From contig JAUZRX010000010.1 of the NCBI GenBank assembly GCA_030949985.1, positions 85,148 to 149,147 of the forward strand: 64,000 nt of DNA. The letters run 5' to 3'. The DNA is from Acidobacteriota bacterium. GTDB taxonomy: Bacteria > Acidobacteriota > Polarisedimenticolia > J045. A program made the position numbers and the translations under genes. Under the pieces are notes generated by a model that was given only the letters and a program-made list of their open reading frames with translations, searched no databases and was not told the origin of the DNA. The stretch's first letter is position 1. Each line of letters begins with the position of its first letter. Shown here piece after piece: positions 12,333-20,608 of this stretch.

Positions 12333-13514
12333 TCAGTACACGAAGCGCCGGATGTCGTAGAGCGCCGCCCGGCGGCCACATACCTCCCGCAGGGCGCCGA
12401 TCAGGTCTCGCGCCTGCCGGCGACGGTCCTCGGGATCGAGTACGGCCACGCCGGCGGGCGCGCCCACCAGGGGCGAGACGAAGACCAGATCGTCGGGGCC
12501 CAGGGGCAACCGGCGGACCAGATCCAGGCTGGCGCGGCGGTGAGCGGCTGCCAGGGGGGCGGCGAAGCCCGCCAGCAGAATCACCCCCACCTTCAGCCCG
12601 GCCTGCTTGATCCGGTGCACCATCTCCACGGCCCGGCCCGGCGGTCCCGGCTTGCCCAGCCGCTCGAGCAACTCGCCATGGCCGGTTTCGAGTCCCAGGT
12701 AGACCCCCGTCAGGCCCCCGCGGGCCAGGCGCTGCCAGAAAGCGGGGTCCTGGTCGCCGCCGGTCAGCAGGTCGGTGAAGCTGTAGATGCCGTCGGCTCG
12801 GGGACCGGGAGAGGCCTCGGGAAAGGCCTCCCGGATCAGACCCAGCCACTGTTCGATCCGGCCCGGGGGCGCGGCCAGGGCGTTGGCGTCGGCGAGGAAG
12901 ATGCTGCGGCGCAAGGTGATGCCGGCCCCGAACCCTTCCACCACCGCTTCCAGGTGAGCCCGCGCAGCCGCCGGGTCGAGGGGCCGGAACGACCGGTCCC
13001 GGTAGAAGTGGCAGAAGGTGCAGCGGTTCCAGGGGCAGCCCCTCGAAAACTGGAGCACCAGGGCGAGGTAGCGGTCCGGCGGAAGGATGGAGATCGGCCG
13101 GTAGATCCGCGAGAACGCCTCGGCATCACCGCTGCGGTCGCCGGTCATCGCCTCGAGCCGGGGCGCCATCGCGGCGGGCTCCCCGCCGAGGGCGACCAGC
13201 GCCGCCTGGAGATTCCGGGCCAGCCGCCGGGCCCGCTGGTCCCAGCGCCGGGCCTCTTCCGCCGCGCAAGGCTTCAGAACCCGCAGGCCCCGGGAGTCCA
13301 GGATTTCCAGGTACTCGCCGGCCAGGCTGCGACGCCAGCTCCGGCCCTCCCAGACGCCGGCCCAGGGGCGACCGGCCCGATCCCAGCAAACGAGGTCCCC
13401 GTCCACGGCGGCGACCACCGAGCGCGGGCTCCAGCGAAACCAACACGTGCGACCGGCGAGCTGCAGGCGGCAGGTCCCACGCGCCCGGGGCGTCGATCCG
13501 GCCATGTGCCTCAC
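12333..13514 (-). CDS. Radical SAM domain protein (non-canonical Cx4Cx2C cluster motif)
   Basis: 393 aa; SRGCPWNRCTFCHFY cysteine motif followed by a Gly-rich SAM-binding-like region. Start only 12 nt downstream of tRNA-Lys 3' end on the same strand; true start may be an internal Met. Confidence 0.7.
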   Translation of the reverse strand: MRHMAGSTPRARGTCRLQLAGRTCWFRWSPRSVVAAVDGDLVCWDRAGRPWAGVWEGRSWRRSLAGEYLEILDSRGLRVLKPCAAEEARRWDQRARRLARNLQAALVALGGEPAAMAPRLEAMTGDRSGDAEAFSRIYRPISILPPDRYLALVLQFSRGCPWNRCTFCHFYRDRSFRPLDPAAARAHLEAVVEGFGAGITLRRSIFLADANALAAPPGRIEQWLGLIREAFPEASPGPRADGIYSFTDLLTGGDQDPAFWQRLARGGLTGVYLGLETGHGELLERLGKPGPPGRAVEMVHRIKQAGLKVGVILLAGFAAPLAAAHRRASLDLVRRLPLGPDDLVFVSPLVGAPAGVAVLDPEDRRRQARDLIGALREVCGRRAALYDIRRFVY

Positions 13515-13526
13515 CGCGGAGAGAAA

Positions 13527-13602
13527 TGGTGAGCCGTCAGGGAATCGAACCCCGAACCCGCAGATTAAAAGTCTGCTGCTCTACCGATTGAGCTAACGGC
13601 CC
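13527..13602 (-). tRNA. tRNA-Lys (anticodon UUU), CCA encoded
   Basis: 76-nt cloverleaf read on minus strand: GGGCCGT/ACGGCTC acceptor (7 bp), D-arm GCTCAATCGGTAGAGC, anticodon loop CUUUUAA, T-loop TTCGATT. Near-identical in arm layout to E. coli tRNA-Lys. Confidence 0.85.
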
Positions 13603-13641
13603 ACGTGCCAGGGGAGCGGCTCGCACCGTCCCCGCTGGGAG

Positions 13642-13669
13642 ATTATTCACGGCCCCGGGCCGGGAGCAA
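13642..13669 (-). promoter_or_regulatory. Candidate sigma-70 promoter for tRNA-Lys (-35 TTGCTC, 16-nt spacer, -10 AATAAT on minus strand)
   Basis: Read on minus strand: TTGCTC-N16-AATAAT about 30 nt upstream of tRNA 5' end. Only AT-rich hexamer in this GC-rich spacer. Confidence 0.3.
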
Positions 13670-13680
13670 GCCGCTCGGCC

Positions 13681-13906
13681 CTATTCGTCTTCGATATCCT
13701 CCAGGGCGGCCTCGACTCGGGAGCCGGCGACCTCCACCGCCCACCTTCCGGGAGGCAGGTCGTGAAGGGCGGGTCCCGGCACCGCCACCCGCGCCGCGAT
13801 GCCCCGCGCGCTCAGCCGGGCCGCCAGCCGCTCAGCGCTTTCCCGATCGCCGCGGAGGGCCACGGTCACCCGACTCTCCTCGACGGGAGCCCGACTGTCC
13901 CTCATG
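13681..13906 (-). CDS. Small hypothetical protein (75 aa), translationally coupled to purA
   Basis: ATG overlaps the purA TGA stop (ATGA). Translation MRDSRAPVEESRVTVALRGDRESAERLAARLSARGIAARV...EDIEDE has protein-like composition and an acidic C-terminus. The ORF track shows it only as the tail of a longer spurious frame. Confidence 0.4.
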
Positions 13907-15218
13907 GAGTGAGTTCCACGCCGACGGCTTCCAGCAGGCTGCCCGCCGGCACGATGGTCTGGGTACGGTCCGGCCCCACTGAGACCAGGGCCAGGGGGCA
14001 CTCGGCCAGTTCCTGGACCCGGTCGAGGTAGACCCGAGCGGCGCGGGGCAGGTCTTCGAGGCGGCCGACCCCTTCGAGAGGCTCGGTCCAGCCCTCGAGG
14101 TCCTCGTAGATCACCCGGGCCCGCTCGAGGTCGGAGGCCACCGCCGGCAGGGTCTCGGTACGCTCGCCGTCGATTTCGTAGGCCACAGCGATCCGCAACC
14201 GTGGCAGTCCGCTGAGCACGTCGAACTTGGTCAGAGCCAGGCCGTCGATCCCGCTCAGGCGCACGGCGTAGCGGGCGGCGACGGCATCGAACCAGCCGCA
14301 GCGCCGGGGCCGGCCCGTGGTGGTGCCGAACTCCCGGCCCACCTTGCGCAGGTGCGCGCCGGCCTCGCCCTCGTCCTCGCTGGGAAAAGGGCCCGCACCG
14401 ACCCGGGTCAGGTAGGCCTTGGCCACGCCCACGACCCGCTCCACGCTCCGGGGCGGCACCCCGAGTCCGGCGGGGATGCCTCCGGCCACGGTGCTCGACG
14501 ACGTGACGAAGGGATAGCTGCCGTGGTCCACGTCGAGCAAGGTTCCCTGGGCGCCTTCGAAGAGGATCGTCCGTCCGTCGCGCAGCGCCTGGTGCAGCAG
14601 GTCGGTCGTATCGCAGCAGAGGGGACCGAGTTGGTCCCACCACCGCCGGGCCGCGCTTTGGATCTCCTCCTCGGACGGCATCGGCGCACCCACGGACTCG
14701 AGCCGGCCGGCCAAGCCCATGCCCAGGGCGGCCCTGTAGCGCGCCGTCACCTCTTCGGGGCGCGCCAGGTCCGCCATCCGGACCCCGAAGCGCTCCATCT
14801 TGGCCGAATAGGCCGGGCCGATGCCCCTGCGGGTGGTGCCGATGGCCTGCCCCTCGAGACGCGACTCCCAGCCCCCGTCGAGTCCCAGGTGCCAGGGCAT
14901 GATCACGTGGGCCCGCAGGGCGATGCGCAGCCGCCGGTCGACCGGGACCCCCTTTCCGACCAGCCCTTCGACTTCCTCGAGCAACCGGTCGGGGTCGACC
15001 AGGGTGCCGGGCCCGATCACCGAGATCACCCCCTCGTGGAAGATCCCGGAGGGAATGTGGTGCAGGGCGTGGGTCGCTCCGTCGAAGACGACCGTGTGCC
15101 CCGCGTTGGGCCCGCCCTGGTAACGGGCGACCACCGAGAAATGAGGGGAGAGCAGGTCGACGACCTTCCCCTTGCCCTCATCGCCCCACTGGGCGCCAAT
15201 GACCGCCAGGTGTGTCAT
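13902..15218 (-). CDS. purA: Adenylosuccinate synthetase
   Basis: MTHLAVIGAQWGDEGKGKVVD... (GDEGKGK P-loop), GPNAGHTV, and IGTTRRGIGPAY motifs. Start chosen at the conserved N-terminus (ATG 15218) rather than the upstream in-frame Met of the 456-aa track ORF. Confidence 0.9.
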   Translation of the reverse strand: MTHLAVIGAQWGDEGKGKVVDLLSPHFSVVARYQGGPNAGHTVVFDGATHALHHIPSGIFHEGVISVIGPGTLVDPDRLLEEVEGLVGKGVPVDRRLRIALRAHVIMPWHLGLDGGWESRLEGQAIGTTRRGIGPAYSAKMERFGVRMADLARPEEVTARYRAALGMGLAGRLESVGAPMPSEEEIQSAARRWWDQLGPLCCDTTDLLHQALRDGRTILFEGAQGTLLDVDHGSYPFVTSSSTVAGGIPAGLGVPPRSVERVVGVAKAYLTRVGAGPFPSEDEGEAGAHLRKVGREFGTTTGRPRRCGWFDAVAARYAVRLSGIDGLALTKFDVLSGLPRLRIAVAYEIDGERTETLPAVASDLERARVIYEDLEGWTEPLEGVGRLEDLPRAARVYLDRVQELAECPLALVSVGPDRTQTIVPAGSLLEAVGVELTP

Positions 15219-15525
15219 GTATCGACCCCGATCGCCCTCCGCACGGGAGTGCGCGAGGGTAGTTTTTCCCATGCAAACCGGCGCAGTATACCGGCGCGGG
15301 AGGAACCGTCCCAGCCCACGGGGGTGATATCCCCCGACCGCCCGGCCGTTCGGAGCCGGCCCCGGATTGACTAAACCTTTAACGGTAAGTTATTATGCCT
15401 CGGCCGAACCGAGGACCCGCAAGGGGGCTACCTAACTCGTTTGTCGGAAAAATCTTGACCTGACTGGATAATTAGGCCAAACTGCCCATTGATTTTGGAT
15501 CGTTATCCCACGTAGGGGGCCAGAG

Positions 15526-16146
15526 ATGACCTTCGCAGAAATCATCAAGTTCCACCGCGAACGTCTGGAATTGAACAAGAAGCAACTCGCCGAGAAGGTC
15601 GGCGTGACCCAGCCTTACATCGTCCAGATCGAAAACGACGGGAAGATTCCCGGCGACGGGGTCGTCCTGCGGCTGGCCGATTCCCTCGGTCTGGACCGGC
15701 GCGAGTTGCTCTTCGCGGCCTATCGGGCCCGCGCCTCCGACGATACCCGCCATTACTTCAATTCCATCTTCGACGACCTGACGCCTTCCGAGGATTTCAA
15801 CCAACCCTTCATCGAATCCCGCAAGGACCAGTTCGAATCCCCGGATTTCAGCCTGCGTCACCTGAGCACCGCCGTCGACCGCATCTACCAGGTCGCGGAA
15901 CTCAAGGCCAAATCGCCCGACGCTCGATTCTCCGCCCACGCTCACTCGGTGGCCCAGATCTTCGTCGCCGTCGACGGGCGCTTCGAGATCGAGATGAACG
16001 GTGAACGCCTGCTGCTCTCCCCCACGGATCACCCGTCGATCGAGGTGCCGGCCGGCACCGAGCACGGCATCCGCTGCCTGGAGGTGGGTCGCCTGGTCAC
16101 GGTGACCTTGGGCCCGGTGGTGCGGGCGGCGTCTTCTTCTCCCTGA
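15526..16146 (+). CDS. XRE-family HTH transcriptional regulator with C-terminal cupin domain
   Basis: 206 aa; N-terminal HTH_3 (LELNKKQLAEKVGVTQPYIVQIENDGKIP), C-terminal cupin-like beta region. Gene and its upstream intergenic region are markedly lower in GC (about 55%) than the surroundings. Confidence 0.8.
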   Translation: MTFAEIIKFHRERLELNKKQLAEKVGVTQPYIVQIENDGKIPGDGVVLRLADSLGLDRRELLFAAYRARASDDTRHYFNSIFDDLTPSEDFNQPFIESRKDQFESPDFSLRHLSTAVDRIYQVAELKAKSPDARFSAHAHSVAQIFVAVDGRFEIEMNGERLLLSPTDHPSIEVPAGTEHGIRCLEVGRLVTVTLGPVVRAASSSP

Positions 16147-16484
16147 GTACCCGCTCGACCCGGGGACGGGCCGGGGACGGGAAAAAAGCGAACGGGAGAG
16201 CCCGACCCGCAGCCCTTCGAGCCTTTCTCGACGACCACGGTCTCCCGTCCGCACGCTGCCCGGCTCTGAAAGCAACCCCCGTGCCAGCCGCGGACAGGGT
16301 CGCAACTCGCTGCAGGAAGCCCACTTACAAGCTCGTCGCGGCAGCACCCATCGGCAAATTCGAAAGACGGAAAACGAAACCGTACCTGCCGCCGCGCTCC
16401 GCCGCCCGGATGCCCTCGGCCGCATCGCGCATGGGCCTTCCGGAGGCCGGCCTCGGCGTCTGCGTCCCTGCCTGAAACGAAGAC

Positions 16485-16517
16485 GGGCGCCGTCCCCAGG
16501 GGGTGGGAACGGCGCCC
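16485..16517 (-). terminator. Hairpin terminator downstream of nrdJ (convergent with XRE regulator)
   Basis: GGGCGCCGTCCC-N7-GGGAACGGCGCCC inverted repeat 30 nt beyond the nrdJ stop. U-rich tract (GUCUUCGUUUCAGG) follows on the minus strand. Confidence 0.4.
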
Positions 16518-16547
16518 TGAACTCCTGACTCAAAGGGGGGGGAGAGA

Positions 16548-19322
16548 TCAGGAGCAGCCAGAAGTGGCCCCGCAATTGGTGCATGCGTAACACGCGCCAT
16601 TGCGGACCATGATCGTACCGCAAACGTGGCAGGCGGGGGCATCGGACTGGGCGAGAAAAACAGCTTTTTCCCGGGCTTCCATCCCCGGATCCACCTCCGT
16701 CGCCCCCGGGCTCTCCCGTCCTTCGAGATCCGCGTCGCCGGATTCCACGTCCGTGTCGAGGAACTTCAACGCCAACCAGCGGAAGAGGTAGTCGATGATG
16801 GACTTGGCGATGGGAATCTGCGGGTTGTTGGTAAAGCCCGACGGCTCGAAGCGCACGTGGGCGAACTTGTCCGCCAGGACCTTGAGCGGCACCCCATACT
16901 GGAGGGCCAGCGAGATCGCCGTGGCGAAGGAGTCCATCAAGCCGGAGACCACCGACCCCTGCTTGGCCATCACCACGAAGATCTCTCCCGGCTGGCCCGT
17001 ATCGGGATAGAGGCCCACGGTCACGTAACCCTCGTGCCCCTGCACCGAGAACTTGTGGGTGATCGCCTTCCTCTCGTCGGGCAGACGGCGGCGCTGGGGT
17101 TGGCCGGCCACCGTACCCTCGGCCCCCTCGCCCGCCGCCGCGGAAAGGGGCTGGGTCTGCTTGCAGCCATCGCGGTAGATCGCCACCGCCTTGAGCCCCA
17201 GCCGCCAGGCCTCCATGTAGGCCCGTTCCACGTCATCCACCGTGGCGTCGGCGGGCATGTTGACGGTCTTGCTGATCGCTCCGGACAGGAAAGGCTGGGC
17301 GGCAGCCATCATCCTCAGATGCCCCATCCACTCGATGGAACGGGTCCCGCGAGCCGGCCGGAACGAACAATCGAAGACCGGCAGGTGCTCCTCCTTGAGG
17401 TGGGGAGCCCCCTCGATGGTTTCGTTGGCATCGATGTAATCGATGATTTCCTGCACCTGCTCGTTGCTGTAGCCCAGCCGGCCGAGAGCCACGGGCACAG
17501 TGTTGTTGACGATCTTGATCGTCCCGCCGCCGACGAGTTTCTTGTACTTGATCAGCGCCAGGTCCGGCTCGATACCCGTGGTGTCGCAATCCATCATGAA
17601 GGCGATCGTGCCGGTGGGCGCCAGCACCGTGACCTGGGAATTGCGGAAGCCGGAACGGCGCCCCACCTGCTGCGCCTTGCGCCAGGCCGTCCGCGCAGCC
17701 CGGAGCAGGTTGCCGGGCACCAGGTCCTCGGGCAGAGATTCGGCGTGCAGACGATGCTTGGAGATCACCTCCTGCATCGACTCGGCGTTGGGATCGTAGC
17801 CGGCGAAAGGCCCCCCGTGAAGCTCGGCGATTCGGGCCGAGGTGTGGTAAGCCTCGCCGCACATCAGCGCCGTGATCGCCGCGGCGTAGGCCCGCCCACT
17901 CTCGGAATCGTAGGGCAGGCCGAGGGTCATCAGCGTAGCGCCCAGGTTGGCGTAGCCCAAGCCCAGGGGCCGGTACTTGTACGAGTTCTCGGTGATCTGG
18001 GGCGTGGGATAGCTGGCGTTGTCGACCAGGATCTCCTGGGCCAGGATCGTCATGGACACCGAGTGGCGGAACCCCTCGGCATCGAACTCGCCGTCGGTGG
18101 TGAGATACTTTTTGAGGTTGATCGACGCCAGGTTGCAGGCGGTGTCGTCAAGGAACATGTACTCCGAGCAGGGGTTCGACGCGTTGATGCGCCCCGAGGC
18201 CTTGGAGGTGTGCCAGGAGTTGATCGTGGTGTCGAACTGGATCCCCGGGTCGCCGCATTCCCAGGCCGCCTCGGCGATCTTGCGCATCAGCTCCCGGGCG
18301 CGCACCGTCTTGACCGTCTGACCGTCCATCACGGCCTTGAGATCCCAGGAACGATCTTCCGACACGGCCCGCATGAACTCATCGGAAACCCGCACCGAGT
18401 GATTGGCGTTCTGAAAGAAGACCGAATCGTAGGCCCCGCCCTGGACATTGAAAGCCGCGTCGTAACCGGCCTCGATCAGGACTCGCGCCTTGCGTTCTTC
18501 GCGCACCTTGCATTCGACGAATTCCTCGATGTCCGGGTGATCCGCGTTCAGGATCACCATCTTCGCCGCCCGGCGGGTCTTGCCGCCGGACTTGATCACC
18601 CCGGCGAAGGCGTCATAGCCGCGCATGAAGGAAACCGGCCCCGAGGCGGTGCCGCCACCGGAGAGGGGTTCCTTGGAGGACCGGAGCGCAGAAAGGTTGC
18701 TGCCGGTACCCGAGCCGAACTTGAAGAGCATCCCCTCGGTCTTGGCCAGGTCGAGAATCGAGGCCATCGAGTCCTTCACCGAATTGATGAAACAAGCGCT
18801 GACCTGGGGCTTTTCCTCGACGCCGCAGTTGAACCACACGGGCGAGTTGAAGGCCATCCGCTGATGCAGCAGCAGATAGGTCAGCTCGTCCCTGAAAGCG
18901 TCCCGATCGCTCTCCGTGGCGAAGTAGCCCCCCTCGTCGCCCCACTGCACGATGGCCCGCACCACCCGCCCGATCAACTGGCGGACGGAACTTTCGCGCT
19001 CCGCGGTTCCCGGCGTTCCCCGAAAGTACTTCTGGGCGACGATGTTGGTCGCCGTCTGCGACCAGAAGGCGGGCACCTCCACGTCGGCCTGCTCGAAGAA
19101 GACCTCTCCCTTCTCGTTGGTGATCGACGCGGTGCGTTTCTCCCACTCCACCTGCTCGAAAGGATCTTCTCCCGCCTTGGTGAAGAAACGCTCGATGGCC
19201 AGCCCCGGCCCTTCGACGAATCCGCCCCGGTTCCGGGGTGCGGAAGCCTCCGGTCCGCCGCTGGAGATCCTGGCCGGGTGGGGAGAACCAACGGGAAGCT
19301 GGGGGTTTTCCTGGACCGACAT
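16548..19322 (-). CDS. nrdJ: Adenosylcobalamin-dependent (class II) ribonucleotide reductase
   Basis: GLAIERFFT, FNSPVWFNCG, NPCSEYMFLDDTACNL (thiyl-radical Cys region), C-terminal CxxC/CxxC zinc ribbon. Start set at ATG 19322 (MSVQENPQ..., GGAGAG RBS) rather than track start 19415. Confidence 0.9.
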   Translation of the reverse strand: MSVQENPQLPVGSPHPARISSGGPEASAPRNRGGFVEGPGLAIERFFTKAGEDPFEQVEWEKRTASITNEKGEVFFEQADVEVPAFWSQTATNIVAQKYFRGTPGTAERESSVRQLIGRVVRAIVQWGDEGGYFATESDRDAFRDELTYLLLHQRMAFNSPVWFNCGVEEKPQVSACFINSVKDSMASILDLAKTEGMLFKFGSGTGSNLSALRSSKEPLSGGGTASGPVSFMRGYDAFAGVIKSGGKTRRAAKMVILNADHPDIEEFVECKVREERKARVLIEAGYDAAFNVQGGAYDSVFFQNANHSVRVSDEFMRAVSEDRSWDLKAVMDGQTVKTVRARELMRKIAEAAWECGDPGIQFDTTINSWHTSKASGRINASNPCSEYMFLDDTACNLASINLKKYLTTDGEFDAEGFRHSVSMTILAQEILVDNASYPTPQITENSYKYRPLGLGYANLGATLMTLGLPYDSESGRAYAAAITALMCGEAYHTSARIAELHGGPFAGYDPNAESMQEVISKHRLHAESLPEDLVPGNLLRAARTAWRKAQQVGRRSGFRNSQVTVLAPTGTIAFMMDCDTTGIEPDLALIKYKKLVGGGTIKIVNNTVPVALGRLGYSNEQVQEIIDYIDANETIEGAPHLKEEHLPVFDCSFRPARGTRSIEWMGHLRMMAAAQPFLSGAISKTVNMPADATVDDVERAYMEAWRLGLKAVAIYRDGCKQTQPLSAAAGEGAEGTVAGQPQRRRLPDERKAITHKFSVQGHEGYVTVGLYPDTGQPGEIFVVMAKQGSVVSGLMDSFATAISLALQYGVPLKVLADKFAHVRFEPSGFTNNPQIPIAKSIIDYLFRWLALKFLDTDVESGDADLEGRESPGATEVDPGMEAREKAVFLAQSDAPACHVCGTIMVRNGACYACTNCGATSGCS

Positions 19323-19695
19323 GCTCTCTCCGAATCTTTCCGGCTGGTGGCGCCCCGAAAAGCGCGGCAGCCGGCTCGCGACATAGCCCCGGCCACGGGC
19401 AGGCCGGATAGCCAAAGTTCAAATGTTCAACCCGGGACCTGCAGGAAAACTTCCGCGCCGCCGGCGCCGAAGTGCCCATGACTTCCCGCAAGGCCCTCCG
19501 CCCCACGGATCCGGCCTGACCGCCCCGTGTCTCCCTGGACCGGCTCCCACCGGCCGCCTGCCGCCGGCCCTCGATCCCCGGCAGCACCTCCTCGAGACCC
19601 CGCCCGAACCGCCGCTGGAAACAAGTACGGACAGTGGCGGGCCCCGATGACGCCAGCGAACCCTAGCCGAGATGGATGCCGCATGTCAACGCCAA

Positions 19696-19745
19696 AAGCA
19701 CAATATCTAGTGGCTCCCCCCTGCGATCACCCAATATATAGCATT
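19696..19745. promoter_or_regulatory. Tandem NrdR boxes (NrdR operator) upstream of nrdJ
   Basis: Two imperfect palindromes AAGCACAATATCTAGTGG (19696-19713) and CACCCAATATATAGCATT (19728-19745) match the NrdR box consensus acaCwAtATaTwGtgt. Centre-to-centre spacing 31 bp (three helical turns), in an unusually AT-rich patch 280-400 bp upstream of the nrdJ start. Confidence 0.6.
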
Positions 19746-19946
19746 TTCAAGGCTTTAGCCTGCCGGCCGGGAGAAGCGACGCCCGCTGGGGGACCGGCAA
19801 CGGGGAGCCGCCAGCCTCCCCGGGCATTGACAGCGTATCAAAGGCGAAACTGCGAATCCCCCGACACTCCGGCCGGCGCCCTGCCGGCAACAGTCTCCGG
19901 AGATTGGACAGGGAACGCGGGCCATGCTATAACCCGCCGTCCCCGT

Positions 19947-20021
19947 GGGGCGTTAACTCAGTGGTAGAGTGCCATCTTCACACGGTGGAAGTCGTAGGTT
20001 CAAATCCTACACGCCCCACCA
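19947..20021 (+). tRNA. tRNA-Val (anticodon CAC)
   Basis: GGGGCGT/ACGCCCC acceptor, D-arm ACTCAGTGGTAGAGT, anticodon stem CCATC/GGTGG with loop UUCACAC, T-loop TTCAAAT, 3' ACCA. Confidence 0.85.
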
Positions 20022-20082
20022 CGAGGATCCGGCTGTCCGGCCCGCCGCGGCGGCGCAGGCAGCGCACCCCTCTTAAGGCAGT

Positions 20083-20158
20083 GGGCCGCTAGCTCAGTTG
20101 GGAGAGCGCCGCGTTCGCAACGCGGAGGTCGAGGGTTCGAGTCCCTTGCGGTCCACCA
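20083..20158 (+). tRNA. tRNA-Ala (anticodon CGC) with G3:U70 identity pair
   Basis: GGGCCGC/GCGGTCC acceptor gives the G3:U70 wobble diagnostic of tRNA-Ala. Anticodon loop UUCGCAA, T-loop TTCGAGT, CCA encoded. Confidence 0.85.
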
Positions 20159-20374
20159 TACTCTCTCCCGCCGCCGGCTCATGCATCCTGCACCCGCTGA
20201 CACTTCGCGGCACCCCGGTGTCACGCCGCGTCACTCCATGCCGGCCAGGCTGGCACGCGCGCCAGATTGGCGCGGCCGGCGACACCTGGAGCGGACAGTT
20301 CGCCAGCCCCCGAACCCTTTCTCCTGCGATTGTTTCCATCTCGAAAGAGCCTTTCTGTGGCTTCCGAGGATACC

Positions 20375-20390
20375 TGGCATTAGGTTTGCA
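20375..20390 (+). promoter_or_regulatory. Near-consensus sigma-54 (-24/-12) promoter TGGCAT-N5-TTGCA
   Basis: TGGCATTAGGTTTGCA: GG and GC at the canonical positions 2-3 and 14-15 (consensus TGGCAC-N5-TTGCW). Predicted TSS about 20401. Confidence 0.5.
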
Positions 20391-20400
20391 CTAAAGAGGG

Positions 20401-20456
20401 GCGACTGGCTCCTTTTCCTCTACCAACTTCGACCCCCCGGCGGGGTCGTTTTTTTT
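20401..20456 (+). ncRNA. Candidate tiny sigma-54-dependent transcript (about 55 nt), C/U-rich 5' part plus intrinsic terminator
   Basis: Interval between the predicted sigma-54 TSS and the terminator T-run. No ORF. Would read GCGACUGGCUCCUUUUCCUCUACCAACUU + terminator hairpin. Confidence 0.25.
20430..20456 (+). terminator. Rho-independent terminator (CGACCCC-CCGGC-GGGGTCG + T8)
   Basis: 7-bp GC-rich stem, 5-nt loop, followed by eight consecutive T. Lies downstream of the tRNA-Val/tRNA-Ala pair and of the sigma-54 promoter. Confidence 0.7.
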
Positions 20457-20570
20457 GACCCCGCCCCCAAGGCCCTTCCCGCCGGGACTTTCCGACCCGC
20501 CCCAGGTTCCGGCCCGCCCCCCCATCCGCCGCTCCCCCTTTCTCCACCGGCCTGCACCGCCACCGCTTCA

Positions 20571-20588
20571 CTGTTGCACTCTGCAACG
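20571..20588. promoter_or_regulatory. Palindrome CTGTTGCA-CTC-TGCAACG (copy 1), 21 bp upstream of the STPK-bEBP start codon
   Basis: TGT-N11-ACA / TTGCA-N3-TGCAA dyad of the length typical for enhancer-binding-protein sites. Same motif recurs at 26086-26104. Confidence 0.45.
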
Positions 20589-20608
20589 TCGCGGGGCATA
20601 AGGGGTCC

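Noticed and set aside
8346-12849. Minus-strand ORFs of 598 aa and 1,217 aa
   Set aside because: Antisense to the subtilase C-terminus and hybrid kinase; composition artefacts; they span a strong convergent gene boundary.
13527-13680. tRNA-Lys as an integration site for a mobile element
   Set aside because: No integrase, transposase, direct repeat of the tRNA 3' end or GC drop on either side; downstream genes are ordinary.
13681-14643. 320-aa minus ORF overlapping purA
   Set aside because: Out-of-frame overlap with purA; only its last 75 codons (after the ATGA junction at 13906) are kept as a plausible small gene.
16626-19481. 951-aa plus-strand ORF
   Set aside because: Antisense to nrdJ, which has unambiguous class II RNR motifs.
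19416-19946. Possible cobalamin riboswitch in the long nrdJ leader
   Set aside because: No B12-box-like conserved core could be recognised by eye. NrdJ itself uses adenosylcobalamin as cofactor, so the NrdR boxes are the better-supported regulator. Would need an Rfam cmscan to exclude.
20251-20271. TGGCACGCGCGCCAGATTGGC as a possible sigma-54 promoter
   Set aside because: GG-to-GC spacing is wrong for a -24/-12 element (GC two positions too late); no TTGC in register.
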